Positions 13,801 to 28,649 are shown, numbered from the stretch's first letter. The stretch is 64,000 nt of DNA from Octopus vulgaris (GCA_951406725.2 OX597831.1:78678001-78742000), one strand, 5' to 3'. Notes: generated by a model not told the origin, from the sequence alone. Translations and numbers: made by a program.

Positions 13801-14562
13801 GTGATGGTGGAGATGGGGATGGTGATGATGGTGCAGTTAGTAGAGATGATCTTGGCGGTGGAGGTAGAGGTGGTGGTGATGGCGTGGTGTTAGTGGCGAC
13901 TGTGGTGATTAAACGATGCTGATGATGTGGCTCAGCTGCTCAAATCTGAGTCTGTTGAAGTGGTGGCCTTGATGCTGGTGATGACGTTGCTGTCAGTGAG
14001 GCCTGGCTCTCTGTCACGATTGCGACGGTATTATTACTGGCTGTCCTTTGCTGTTGTATTATCCAACCGATGACGTTCCACCGTGACCACCCACACCTTT
14101 TATTACGAGCCAGTTGTGGTTTGTGCCATGATGAGACTGTGTTGGTGGTTGTGATGGTTGTGCTGGTTATGATGGTGGTGGTGGTGGTGGTGGTGGTGGT
14201 GGGGTGATTGAGATAATGGTGGTGTTGGTTGTGATAGTTTGTAATGATGCTGATTTTGATGGTTGTGGTGTTATGATGGTGGTGATGGTATAGTCATATT
14301 GGTATTGTGCTAGTGGTGGTGCTGGTGGTGTTGGTGGTGGTGGTTGTGGTAGGATCGTGGTCATCGTCGATGTGGTGGTGATGGTTGTGGAAGTTGTAAT
14401 GATGATGGTGGTGGTAGTGGTGATTGTGATGGCTGTGATCGCTATGATGGTGGCAGTGGTGGTATTATTAGTATGGTAGTGGTAGTGATGGTGTGGTGGT
14501 AGTGGTGGTGGTGGTGGTGATGGTAGTAGCCGTGGTGGTAGTGTTGGTAGTGGTAGTGGTTA
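12518..14562. repeat. (GGT)n-rich compound tract including a 15-bp unit GGTTGTGGTGGTAGT
   Basis: Direct reading; regular 15-bp units at about 12620-12735. Confidence 0.9.
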
Positions 14563-14784
14563 AGTGAGGGTGATTCTGTGTAACAATTATCTATTTTTTC
14601 CTTTTCTTTGTCTTCAGTCAGTAAATGGTATTTCCTATTTGCTCCTATCTAGAAATCAAAGGAAATGGCTACTATTCCTTTTAAACTTTGCTTTTGTCAC
14701 CTAGACATCAAAGTTTTGAAGCAGACTTATTTTCCATTACATTTCAGACAGATTCAGCGATGAGTTGCTGAAGCAGAAATATCG

Positions 14785-14955
14785 TTATAGCAAATATTCT
14801 GCTCCATACCACAGATCTGCTTGTCAGCTGCTTGACCTGAAACCACTTGAGAATGATCCTTAGCGCCTGACAGTATGTGCATCTCTGGTCATGAGCAGCA
14901 GTAATGGGGGAGCATCATAGCCATGTGTTGAGAGGAATTCTTTGAGGTTTGAATG
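14785..14955 (+). repeat. Internal fragment related to the 555-bp family
   Basis: agcaaatattctgctccataccacagat..ggggagcatcatagccatgtgttgagagg matches 37540-37700. Confidence 0.8.
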
Positions 14956-15807
14956 AATGCAGAGTTTGATGGAAATATTAACCATTTTAGATACTTTCTA
15001 GGGGGTAAGCAAACAGGAAATAACAGTTCATACACAGGGACAAAAATCGAGTTACACCGTGTAATCATTGTGTCCTTCAGTTTTAGAGATCGTTGGGTGT
15101 GATCGCAAGGAGAAAATTAGCTATCATTATTAGCAGATCAAGAAAAAACTTACAGGCTCGTTTCCTATCTCGATTCATGAAATACTATGGCTGCTGTTGT
15201 TATTGCGGTTCTCGTCATAATTGTTGTTGTTATTGTTGTGGTTATTGTTTTTTTTTTGTTTGTTGTTGTCCTTGTTGGTTTTGGGAACAAGACCAGTTCT
15301 AATCGAGCTGATCAATGATCAAGGATATTCCATATATGACCTTCCAAAATTTAATTTCAGAAATAGTTTATCTTGGCGTACCTTATCTATGTCTATTTTA
15401 GTTCATGGGATTGTCTTCGCTTTGCCGCACGCTGTACTCTATGAGCAAACGCGATATGTTCAGGTGGAAGGGACTTTGAATATGAGCCATTGTTCGAAAC
15501 ATGAGCCATTGAAGATCCATCAGAAAATGAAACAATAAAGATTCGACTTTTGAAAGTTCTAGAAGTTATTTTTAAAACAATGGGGGACTAAACCGATTAT
15601 CAAAGCTGTGCCAGCCCAGGCAATCTCTTTTTTTACAACGTATTGAGAACGCATTATGTAAAGTAATTTTCTTTTTAAGACAGTAGCATTTTAAACACAG
15701 TAAGATTTTTTTTTCTAGCTGATCGAATTACCACAAAGAGGTTCCATGGATGAATAACTGCTAAACATATAAATGATGCTATGTTTGTGAATATATTATA
15801 TCATTTA

Positions 15808-16027
15808 CCTTTCTCTTGCTTCAGTCATTAGACAGCGGCCATGCTGAAGCACCACCTTGAAGAATTTCAGTCCAACGAATTGACACTGCTTCTTCAGATT
15901 TTTCTTAAACTTGATACTAATTCTGTCTGTATCTTCCGCCGAACGGCTGAGTTACGCGGCCCTAAACACAAACTTTAGTTATCATAAGGTAGTGGAAGAT
16001 AAAAAAAGACATAGAGACACACGAACA

Positions 16028-16030
<3 letters not shown>
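15808..16030 (-). mobile_element. SINE family B 3' half
   Basis: ttcagtcattagacagcggccatgctgaagcacc tail motif. Confidence 0.75.
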
Positions 16031-16076
<46 letters not shown>

Positions 16077-16341
16077 TATACAAAATAAGAAAATGGAGGA
16101 ATAGATTTCTTTCAATCATCAACTACTAGATAATACCAATTCATATAATCTATTAACTAATTATTTAGGAACATCCAGATCAAACCGAATAAAACAGAAT
16201 AAAACAGTACAGATCAATAAGTAAGATAATACCATAAGAACAATACATATAAAATGGATCTTACACCTGTTTCAGCCTGTATATATATATATATATATAT
16301 ATAAATATGTGTGTGTGTGAGTGTATATATATATGTATATA

Positions 16342-16490
<149 letters not shown>

Positions 16491-16509
16491 ATGTGTATGT
16501 ATCTATGTA

Positions 16510-16628
16510 TGTACAGGAAAGGAAAGAAAGCGGATTTAACGTTTCGAGTAAAGCTCTTCTTCAGAAATAGAGGAAAATCCAAAAGAAGGGAAGACGGAAA
16601 GAGAAAATCGCCAACGATCCATATGTGG

Positions 16629-16630
<2 letters not shown>
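16510..16630 (-). mobile_element. Short hammerhead-bearing element between (TG)n and (TA)n
   Basis: 16534-16568 minus: ATTT-CTGAAGA-A-GAG-CTTTA-CTC-GAA-ACGT-T-AAAT; intact core, stems I and II pair, palindromic minimal stem III. Confidence 0.75.
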
Positions 16631-16671
<41 letters not shown>

Positions 16672-16672
<1 letters not shown>

Positions 16673-16880
16673 AGGGGTAAAATGAATTAATCAATTAATA
16701 ATTAATAATATTACCAAGTAGTTCGGTATGTTAAAATACTTTTCCACTACTACCATAAGATATCTCCCATCTTATGGTAGTAGAACAGTATTTAAACTGC
16801 TATTTCTAAATTCCGGTATGTGGTGAAGCAAATTTTACTGAACCCTAATTATAATTATACTCATAATTACAGAATTTTTG
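16672..16880. repeat. Fold-back (partly inverted) copy of a ~290-bp (TA)n-embedded family
   Basis: Left part is the reverse complement of segments of 54445-54735 and right part is direct; perfect 15-bp stem 16747-16761/16769-16783 at the turn. Confidence 0.7.
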
Positions 16881-16890
16881 TATATATATA

Positions 16891-17384
16891 CTAGCAGTAT
16901 CGCCCGGCGTTGCTCGGGTTTGTAAGGGAAATAACTATATAAGCATTTTTAGAGAGTTACTTCCCCTATAGATGCCAATTCGGGCTTTCTTAGCCATTTC
17001 TGTTTTGGTGTCTTCAACCCATGAAGTCGTTGTTCTAAAAGAACGCTGGTCTCCTTGACAACGCTTTACGACGTTGATTTTCTTACACTCCCTTCCCCAC
17101 AGCTTCACGAGGGAGGGAAGAAGGGGGAGAACACAGGTGCAGGTGTGACCATGGACGCCAACTCCGCCGCCATCGACACACGAAAAATTATGCCTTAAAA
17201 TGGAATAAAAAATGATGTTAAATTATTTTTAAAATCGTAGACTCATCGTAGACGCACTCTAATACTCAGACGGGCTCGATATGAATCACGACTGTAAGAT
17301 ACCCGAATTTGGTTAAACTGCACCGCAAAATGTGGGAGTAGTTAGGAATCTAAATCGAAGGGGACAGACACTCACACAACTACA

Positions 17385-17398
<14 letters not shown>
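16891..17398 (-). mobile_element. Non-autonomous Helitron
   Basis: Minus-strand 3' end cccgagcaacgccggg hairpin + gatactgCTAG|T; 5' end merges into (TA)n; homologous to 17766-18162. Confidence 0.85.
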
Positions 17399-17444
<46 letters not shown>

Positions 17445-17765
17445 CAATGAAATTTCAACAAGGTCTGCTTTTCCCGTTTTATTATTTGCAATTTCTACAA
17501 TTTCGCAAGATTGAAACACACTGGTACTTTCTGCGCCATCATCAGATTTATGTAGTGACAGTCCTGTTGGTGGACTCTGCACACAGTTTCTAAATACTAA
17601 AGTCACTCATAAGACGCAGATCGACATGGAGCTATAGTAGAAGACTCTCGCCCAAAATGTCGCCCAGCGGGATACTGAATCCGATACCACAGACCAGCAA
17701 ATCCATATCCTTAACCACACAAACATGTCTCCGATGTAAATACAATTGGAAAGAGCGCAACGATA

Positions 17766-18162
17766 TCTTTATATATAAAAGTAAGGTTGAGTGTCTGTCT
17801 CCTACGATTTAGATTCCTAACTACTCCCACATTTTGCGGTGCAGTTTAACCAAAACCGGGTATCTTATAGTCGTTATACATATCGAACCCTTCTGGGTAC
17901 TAGCGCGCGTCTACGATGAGTCTACGATTTAAAAAAAAATTCGCCTTCATTTTTTTCCATTTTAATGCATTTTTTCGCTATTATATAAGGGTAGTAACTC
18001 TCTAAAAATGTCTACGATGAGTCAACGATTTAAAAAAAAATTACCATCATTTTGTTTCCATTTTTAATGCATTTTTTTGCTATTTTTTGGCTATAACTCT
18101 CTAAAAATGCTTATATAGTTATTTCCCTTACAAACCCGAGCAACGCCGGGCGATACTGCTAG
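17766..18162 (+). mobile_element. Non-autonomous Helitron
   Basis: A|TC 5' end, subterminal hairpin CCCG..CGGG, CTAG|T 3' end, no TSD; internal ~100-bp tandem duplication. Confidence 0.9.
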
Positions 18163-18459
18163 TATTTTCTAAAGCAAATAGTTGGGTTTATTTCTTTATG
18201 CGCCATATCCAGACATATCGACAAACACACGTAAGTACATATTCTGAACATTTAGAGCGCGCATAAAGGATGTTTCAGGTGTTAATGTCTTTCTCACCAT
18301 GATGCACGCTCTCATGCACCTATGCTAGCTATTACGGGAGATATTTTCTTAATTTATTTCATAATTACACTTTAATTACAAAGATGTTCATACACCATCG
18401 CCAGATTAATCAAGGAGCATGATGAAGAACTGGTCATTTACATCAATTTTTAAACAACA

Positions 18460-19894
<1,435 letters not shown>

Positions 19895-19895
<1 letters not shown>

Positions 19896-20528
19896 GTTAT
19901 TTGATAGTTTCAGGCAAACTGCTGCTGTATGAACCTGCTACACCTCGGTATTGCTGAGATATGTGCAGTATTGTGTGTTCCCTTTGTTGCTGTTGTTGTC
20001 GTTGTTGTTGCAGGAGTGCAAGTTCTTCACGGTAACGTAATGCATCGTTCAGCTTTTGTTATGGAGTTTGGTTGCAGTCTTTGCTGTTGTTGTTGTTGTT
20101 GCTGCATTCTTGTTTGTATTGTGCGTTGTATGCTTAACGTGAGTTGTCTCCTCCTCTTGGGTATCCGACCCGTGGAATTCGCCATGGCCGTTGCCTATTT
20201 CATTGAATATTTACCCTGTATAGTGTGTCTTGTGTTTGTGAATTGTTTTATCGCGGTTTGACTATTGAATTGGTTGTATCAAGCGTTGGATATAGATTGC
20301 TTCATGTTGATTTACTTTTCGGATAGAATGTAGTGTTGCAAGCCCAGGTACGGCTTCTACGCTTTTTTTTATCATACTCACTGGTATCCTTTTCCTTTTC
20401 ATGCCCCACAATCTTGAATACTTCAATTTCGTGGTTTTTACACTTTGACAATTTCTCTTTGGGCAATATTTTGCTGGGAAAGGTCTATCGGTTTGCAAGT
20501 GTTTTTCTTTTTTTCTTTTCTTTCCTTG
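19895..20528 (-). mobile_element. Old 5'-truncated R4/Dong-like 3' fragment
   Basis: Minus-strand remnants CKPIDLS..NIAQRE..EIEV/SRLWGMK..IPV..MIKK..VPGL..IRKV resemble 10071-10646; ends in (AAT)n. Confidence 0.55.
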
Positions 20529-20529
20529 T

Positions 20530-21082
20530 GAGTGAGAGAGCAGTGCATGCCATCAAAGTGACACTAGGGTAAAATATAAGAAGCCCAGTATAACCATCAT
20601 GACTACCCGTCCGATAAGAGTACACCAGGCACATGCATCACAACCATACGTGATTGACATGATGATCCCATATCAAGATAAACAGTACATGACCTTGCAG
20701 GTGGGGCCCAGTTAGAATTTTTTTCTGGTCGAGTAACCCATCCCGCTCTAAAGGTCCCTGAATAAGAGCTGTTTAAGGATATTGAACGAAACATCCATGT
20801 TTCCAAAGGTTAATTATTCAAGCCCCAAAGAATCCCTCTCAACACACGGCTATGATGCTGCCCCACTACTTCTGCTCGTGATCAGAGATGCACATATCGT
20901 CAGCCAATAAGGAACATGCTCAACTGCTTATGGTCAAACAACTGACAAGCAAATCTATGGTATTGAGCAGAATATTTGCTGTAGCCCATCTTTTATACCA
21001 AGACAAAACAATGTACATGATAGCACTTCCAATCAGTTAAGATCAGAAGCCATGAAAGCCACTGTTTGGTATTGCATCAGGG
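20530..21082 (-). mobile_element. ~555-bp non-coding interspersed repeat
   Basis: Reverse complement of 37435-37990 over the full length; a partial related copy follows at about 21087-21205. Confidence 0.9.
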
Positions 21083-21428
21083 TGTTGTGGTATTGAGCAG
21101 AATATTTGCAGTAGTCCATATTTTATACCAAGACAAAACGTTGTATATTCCAATCAGTTTTAGATGAGAAACCAGGAGAGCCAGTGCCAAGTCGGCGAGT
21201 TGGCATAGTAGTAGTAGTAGTAGTAGTAGTAGTAAGTAGTAGTAGTAGTAGTAGTTGTTGTTGTTGTTGTTGTAAAGGAAAACAAGTAAAACACAACGTG
21301 CAACAACCAATACTACCAGTACAATAGTATTACACCTCCTCCTCCCCCTCCTCCTCCTCCTCCTCCTACTACTACTACTACTAATAATAATAATAATGAT
21401 AATAATAATAATAATAGTAGTAGTAGTA

Positions 21429-21479
<51 letters not shown>

Positions 21480-21932
21480 ATAATAATAATAATATCAACG
21501 ATAAGATCAATGATAACAGTAATAATCATAATAATAAAAAAACGGAAGAACAGCTTATAAAGCAGATATCAATCCAATTGTACCATTTACGAACCGTTAT
21601 TATTGTTGTTGGAAGTGGTTATTTCAACAACAACAGCAACAACAATAATGATAATAATAAGAATATCTAAATAACCACTTAATTTGGCATTAAGACATCT
21701 AGAAGATATTTGAATGTATTTCGTTTATTCATCTCTGTCCTTTTTATAGTTTTTGGGTGATTTTGTTTGTAGCGAATTAAAATTGAAAATTTGCTTATAA
21801 TAGGCAGCGTTCGGTCGGTTCTTTGTGTTAGCGACTGCAATGAAAGGCCCCGTAATTATGCATTCACCGTATACAAAGGGTTGTTTTAAATTGGTCTCTC
21901 GTTTTGAAGGCGTACAGCCGGCATGTGCATAA

Positions 21933-21965
<33 letters not shown>

Positions 21966-22223
21966 GATACACTGATACATACACGCACACACACGTACAT
22001 ACTCACACAAACACATACACGCACACACACAAACATATATGTGTGTGTGTGTGCGTCTGTGTCTGTGTTCTCACGCATATATATGTTAATGTACGTTTGG
22101 GCATATATTAATGCCTAAATAATTATGTTTATATACACATATATACAAAGAAATTACATTTACATGCGTGTGAATGTATGCATGTACATATATACTCATA
22201 TTCATATATATGTATATGTGTGA

Positions 22224-22266
<43 letters not shown>

Positions 22267-22343
22267 TATATATTTTGATATATATATATGATTTTACGCA
22301 TATATAAACATCGCTACATATATTAACATGTATTATGTGTGTG

Positions 22344-22427
<84 letters not shown>

Positions 22428-22562
22428 CATACATACATATACATATATATATACACACTCACACACGCACACACAATATTATCCATATTTTTGTAACAAA
22501 CTATATAATTCCATGCATGCATATATGTGCATATAATATATACATACATATATAATTGTATA

Positions 22563-22614
<52 letters not shown>

Positions 22615-22925
22615 TGAGAAAGAGCGAGAGGGACAGGGAGGGAGAAGACAGAGATAGATTGGTAGATATATAGACAGATGGAGAGACAGAGATGTATGCA
22701 TGTATATATGGTGACATAGATATACACATCTGCACACATTTACACATTTATGCACACTTGTCGACGCATATGAATGCATTAGCAGTATTTGTGTTCACAA
22801 TTGTGTTTGCATATAACCTGTAAAGAAGCGTTTTACGTTTCTCTCCGTCTGTGCTCATTTGTGGCAGTTTCCGTTTTTATACGTGTTTGTATATGTGTAT
22901 GTATGTATGTATGTGTATATATATA

Positions 22926-22987
<62 letters not shown>

Positions 22988-22991
<4 letters not shown>

Positions 22992-23195
22992 ATCTAAACA
23001 AGAAAGCACAAAAAACACAACAACGCGAGGACGTGGAACAAATATAGTATTATTGGACGCTCAGGAAAGAAGGAAACAAGGAGGGCTTAACGTTTCGAGC
23101 GGAGCTCTTCGTCGGAAACATAGGAGAAAAAAAGATCCAGAGAAGGGAAGACAGAGGGAAAAAAAATTGCCAACGGTACACACGTGGTCACATTT

Positions 23196-23197
<2 letters not shown>
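22988..23197 (-). mobile_element. Short hammerhead-bearing element inside (TA)n
   Basis: 23085-23119 minus: GTTT-CCGACGA-A-GAGC-TCC-GCTC-GAA-ACGT-T-AAGC; (TA)n on both sides. Confidence 0.75.
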
Positions 23198-23237
<40 letters not shown>

Positions 23238-23242
23238 TATAT

Positions 23243-23480
23243 GGGTACAGAACGTCAAAGCAACGTGAACAAAATGAAAACAACGAAAGAAACAAATAAA
23301 GAAACGAGACAGGCAACATAAAGAACATTCCCTTCATCAGTTGTCTCCTGTTTTATCTACTCCGCGTTTCGAAAGTAGCGAGAAGACGTGACTTCGTTAA
23401 AACTGTCCTTTCCCCAAAACAAATTAAAGAATATTTGGGATTTTTGCGGAGGGGTTAAAGTGGTAAGAAAAACAGGACAA
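23243..23480 (-). mobile_element. ~240-bp element with rearranged hammerhead core motifs
   Basis: Minus strand CTTTC-GAAACGC...CTGATGA-AGGG; colinear similarity with 61028-61310; flanked by (TA)n and (TG)n. Confidence 0.6.
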
Positions 23481-23987
23481 TATGTGTGTGTGTGTGTGTG
23501 TACGTGTGTGTGTGTGTGCTTACACTCTCTCACCTACATACAGACACGTAAATGCTGACAGAGGCACATCTAGAAGAGAGAGAGAGAGGATGGGAAGGGC
23601 GAGAGGGACATGTATAGATTATGGTATACATAGAGAGAGAAAGAGAGACAAACAGACAGACAGACATACTGATTAATTGGTTGTTTGATCGATTGATCAC
23701 CGTTTTAAGCTCCAGTACTCACGAGCGTCATTTTGTAGATGTCTATTTTTTATGCTAATTAACAATTAGACCGACACATAAATGCATACCTACCAGATAG
23801 GCAATTATATGGATAAATAGATTTAGAGATTTAGATAGGTATAAAGCTAGCTAGCTAGCCCTCTATCTTTGGTTCAAGTCACGTGCTATTTTTACGCCCG
23901 CTTCGCTTTCAGAGGAGTAGGGTGGAGGAGAGTTGTGTGTTTCTAACAATTATAATAGATAAAATAATAATAACGATAATAACAATG

Positions 23988-24630
23988 ATCTATGGATCTT
24001 TGAATACTAGGTTGGCGCCCAGCGCAGGATAGCTCACTTAAACGTCTAAAGATAGACGGGCCCTTTTGAGTCTTTTCAGACAAACCCATCTAGAGATGGT
24101 CTCGATAAAAAGACTGGCGGTTGTGAGACCTTATCAACACTTTCCTCTGTGTGAGAGTAATGAATAACAGAATTAACACAAAGAACAGCATACATGAGGA
24201 CAGAACCACCACTGACGGACTTTCACCTGGGATGTACCCCGTGGGTGAGCAGCACAGGTCCAATCGTCATTAGACGGCAGCTAGAACAAAATGGACAAAG
24301 AGGATGAATACAGCTGTCAGGGAATGTTATTTTTTGAGTAGACTCACTGGTAATGAAAGTAGTTTTAGGGGTACTCGGAACACAAACAACCAAGTTCGAG
24401 AAATATGTCAGAGAAATCAGAATTGACATGAGAGCAGAGCAAGCTGAAAAAAACTGCTTTGTTTGGGACAGCTTGGATTTTGAGATTGGTACATTGGTTT
24501 TGAACGTTTTCCACGACGATTAACAGCCAAGTCTCAAAGCCTATCATGTACGGAAGGAGACCCTGTGAGACCTCTGACAGCAGGCTGATGTCCGCTCTCG
24601 CAGAATCTACAAGAACAAACAAGAAGTAAA
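23988..24630 (+). mobile_element. Short internally deleted R4/Dong-like element
   Basis: N-terminal RTKWTKRMNTAVRECYFLSR fused near 24345 to C-terminal VVLGVLG..KKTALFGTAWILR; AAT repeats on both sides. Confidence 0.7.
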
Positions 24631-25011
24631 ATAATAATAATAATAATGATATGTCTATGATAAATTCATGATAGGTATATACACGGTGGAAACATTCATG
24701 GGGGCTCATAGCCGTAATTCCTCAAAGCTTGACAATCATTCAAAGACTCAAGCACAAACACAAACACGCACACACACAAACACACGTGCATACGTTTGTA
24801 TGTATGTATACAGACATAATAGCTATAACACTGGCTTCCAGTTATAGATTAGCTATAATGAAAAATAGACGTTCCAACTTTTCTAGTTGCTTTCCTGTAT
24901 TAGAGTACCCTGGGCTTCATTTTGTGAACAGTCACTTGCTAAGATTTTCTCTACAGATATTCTATACAAATATAGTCAGTACTTATTTTCGTACGACGTG
25001 TCGCAACAAAA

Positions 25012-25050
25012 ACTACCTGATGAAGGAGCAATGACTCCTGAAAATAGTAT
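25012..25050 (+). ncRNA. Degenerate hammerhead-like motif
   Basis: CTGATGA-AGGAG-caatga-CTCCT-GAAA; perfect 5-bp stem II, stem III not recognisable. Confidence 0.45.
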
Positions 25051-25389
25051 ATACGCACATTATCCTTTTTTATGTTCGATATCATTGTTTGCTTATATTG
25101 TTGTTGCTATTATGCATAATGTTGATTTTGTTGCTGTTGCTGTTGCCTTTTTCCTTACTATATTCCCTGCTGTTGTTGTTGCCATGGAGGTTATTGTTGT
25201 TACTGAAATTATTATCAATGTTGTTGCAATTACTGCTTCAGATGTAATTGTTGTTGTTGTTGTCTTTGTGATTGTGGACATGCTTGTTAACACTTGTTGC
25301 TCTTATCGCTGCTGCTGCTATACTAGTTGCTATTCTGATGGTTACTGCTGTTGCTATTATGGCTGTTGTCGTAATCGGTGTTGTTGTTG

Positions 25390-26365
25390 TTGTTCTTCTT
25401 CTTCTTCTTCCTCTTCTTCTACTTCCTCCCCTGTTTCTTCTTCTTCTTCTTCTCTTCCTCCTCCTCCTCCTCCTGCTTCTTCTTCTTCTTCTTCTCTTCC
25501 TCCTCCTCCTCCTTCTTCTTCTTCTTCTTCTTCTCCTTCCTCTCCTGCTTCTTCTTCTTCTTCTTCTTCTTCTTTTTCTTCAATTCTTCTTCTTCTTCTT
25601 CTTCTTCTTCTTCCTCTCCTGCTTCTTCTTCTTCTTCTTCTTCTTCTTCTTCTTCCTCTCCTGCTTCTTCTTCTTCTTCTTCTTCTTCTTCTTCTTCTTC
25701 CTCTCCTGCTTCTTCTTCTTCTTCTTCTTCTTCTTCTTCTTCTTCTTCTTCTTCTTCTTCTCCTTCTTCTTCTCCTGCTTCTTCGTCTCCTCCTCCTCCT
25801 GTTTCTTCTTCTTCTTCTTCTTCTTCTTCTTCTTCTTCTTCCTCTCCTGCTTCTTCTTCTTCTTCTTCTTCTTCTTCTCCTCCTTGTTCTTGTTTTTCTT
25901 CTTGTTTTTCTTCTTCTTTTTCTTCTTTTTCTCCTCCTTGTTCTTGTTCTTGTTCTTGTTCTTCTTGTTCTTCTTGTTCTTCTTCTTCTTCTTCTTCTTC
26001 TTCTCCTCCTTGTTCTTGTTTTTCTTGTTTTTCTTCTTCTTCTTCTTCTTCTTCTTCTTCTTCTTCTTTCTTCTTCTTCTCCTCCTTGTTCTTGTTCTTC
26101 TACTTCTTCTTCTTCTTCTTCTTTTTCTTCTTCTTCTCCTCCTTGTTCTTGTTCTTCTTCTTCTTCTTCTTCTTCTTCTTCTTCCTCTCCTTCTTCTTCT
26201 TCTTCTTCTCCTCCTTGTTCTTGTTTTCCTTGTTTTTCTTCTTCTTCTTCTTCTTCTTTTTCTTCTTCTTCTTTTTCTTCTTCTTCTCCTCCTTGTTCTT
26301 GTTCTTCTTCTTCTTCTTCTTCTTCTTCTTCTTCTTCTTCTTCTTCTTCTTCTTCTTCTTCTTCC
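25390..26365. repeat. (CTT)n polypyrimidine tract with higher-order interruptions
   Basis: Direct reading; recurrent cctctcctg and ccttgttcttg interruptions. Confidence 0.95.
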
Positions 26366-26648
26366 CATTGGCTGCTGCTGTTCTCGGTCGTCCTGTCTTC
26401 AGTTCTCAAAGCTTAAATAGAATTTAATAAAAGCTGATAATAATGGCGGAAAGTAAACAATATTTTGTCCTTGTTTTTCTTTTGTTTATTCCCCCACCCC
26501 ACGCCCGATTTTCTTTTAATTCCTCACACCCCACAGCCTACCCCGAACCGGTCCTATCATCTCATCGTCATCAACAGTGAATTAATTTCAAGACTCATCG
26601 GCTCGTAAATGCTATGTTGTGGAAACTGTGTGACTTCATCTTGCTGAT

Positions 26649-26679
<31 letters not shown>

Positions 26680-27124
26680 CTACAGCGTAAAGTAGTAGTA
26701 GTATTAGTAGTAGCCATAGTGGTGCTGGTGGTGGTAGTGGTAGTAGTAGTAGTTGCAGCAGCAGCAGTAGTAGCAGTAGTAGTAGTTGAAGGAGGAGAGG
26801 GATGAGCACAAGAAGAAGAAAAAATGAAAGGAGGAGGAGGAGGAAGAGATGGAAAGGGAGAAAGAAAAGAAAGTAAAGAAACAGAAGAAGAGGAAGAAGA
26901 AATAATTGTAGTAGTAGTAGGAGGAGGAGGAGGAGGAGGAAAAGGAGGAGGAAAAGGAGGAGGAAAAGGAGGAGGGGGAGGAAGCAACAGTAACAACAGA
27001 GATCCCTATTCAAGGTGTCTATATATCTACGTAAGTAGATATATACACACCTATATATATATACGTCTCTATTGTATCTGAAAGGGGCCATTTTTACCAA
27101 GGTATATGCGTGTGTGTGTTCGCA

Positions 27125-27193
<69 letters not shown>

Positions 27194-27272
27194 GTCTATC
27201 TATATATATATCTGTCTATCTATCTATATATATATAAACTGTGTAATAAGAGAACAGAGTGTACGTACGCCG

Positions 27273-27304
<32 letters not shown>

Positions 27305-27959
27305 CGTATTGTAGAGAGACCATTTGATATTGTAAATTCAATTGGTAGAATTGCAGGTGAAAGATTCAGGTGTATATAACGACAGACTGGTGTTTGGATC
27401 CAGGTAAGGGAGTTCATGCTCAAGACTAAAGAAAAGGTGTAGCTCTTCAGGCGAAGTGTACGGAGTGAATGTACTTATAAGAATAAAGACTTTGATCATT
27501 AAATAAAGGATTCATGAAAAGTGTACTGTGATGCAAAAATTTTGTCAGTGACTTCGAACCTTTCACCAGTCGTTGGTTGTCTCTTATATCACCGTATTTA
27601 AATTTAGTTTGTTTTTTTTTTCGCTCGAAAGCGAAGTTGATCCGTAAGGAATGTGTCTAAATATCACGAGTTAATCTTGTCCGGCGCTCTACCTATTACA
27701 TTAGATCACAGCCATACACCAAAGTATCTTTCCTTCCTCCATTCTTTCTTTCCTTTCTTCATTCTTTCCTTCCTTCCTTCCTTCCATATTTCCTCCTTTC
27801 TTTCTCTCCACCTTCTCTCTCTCTCTCTCTTTCTCTCATCATCTGCGTCTTCCTCCTCTGACTTCTCGGATCGTGTCAGAACGTCTCTCATTTTCTCTCT
27901 CCGTGCGCTGTCTCATAGCTGTATGTGTGTGTGTGTGTGTGTGTGTATTCAGATATAAT

Positions 27960-28007
<48 letters not shown>

Positions 28008-28493
28008 TGCGTGTGTCTGCGCATGTGTGTGTGATCCCATTATTGTTACCTCATGCTATGGAAAGAAAAGGGAAAGGAAACAAGGAAGGAAGGAAGGAAG
28101 GAAAGAAGGATGGAATCAAGGGGAGGCAGGGAGGACGGGCGTGAGGATGTCCATCATTTCCTCGTTTTCGCATCAGCATTTTCTTGCTTCATCCATCGTT
28201 CCTGCTGACCTTATCCCCACCACCACCACCAACGCCACCAGCGACACCGCCGCCGTCGTCACCATACCATCCATCGACTCCTACAACCACATTCTTACCT
28301 ACGCTGCGCCGCATTAGCTCACTTATACCTACACACACAGAAGCACACACACACACACACAAAACGTGTAAGTACGTATGCGTATGTGCGCATATCTATC
28401 TATCTATTAGCTATCTCTTTCTTTCTGGTATTTCTTTCTCTCTCTCTCTCTCTCTGTCTCCCTATATGTGTGTGTGTGTATATATATATATAT

Positions 28494-28649
<156 letters not shown>

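Noticed and set aside
17490-17560. Minus-strand CTGATGA...GAAA pair
   Set aside because: No consistent stems II and III closing the core
24005-24132. HDV-like ribozyme expected at the 5' end of R4-type elements
   Set aside because: Hairpins are present but I could not assign P1/P1.1/P3/L3 by eye
24887-26427. Long overlapping ORFs (509, 382, 350 aa)
   Set aside because: Translations of a (CTT)n tract
27350-27410. Possible small exon (ttgcag..VKDSGVY..gtaagg)
   Set aside because: Weak polypyrimidine tract, no Ig cysteine and no partner exons
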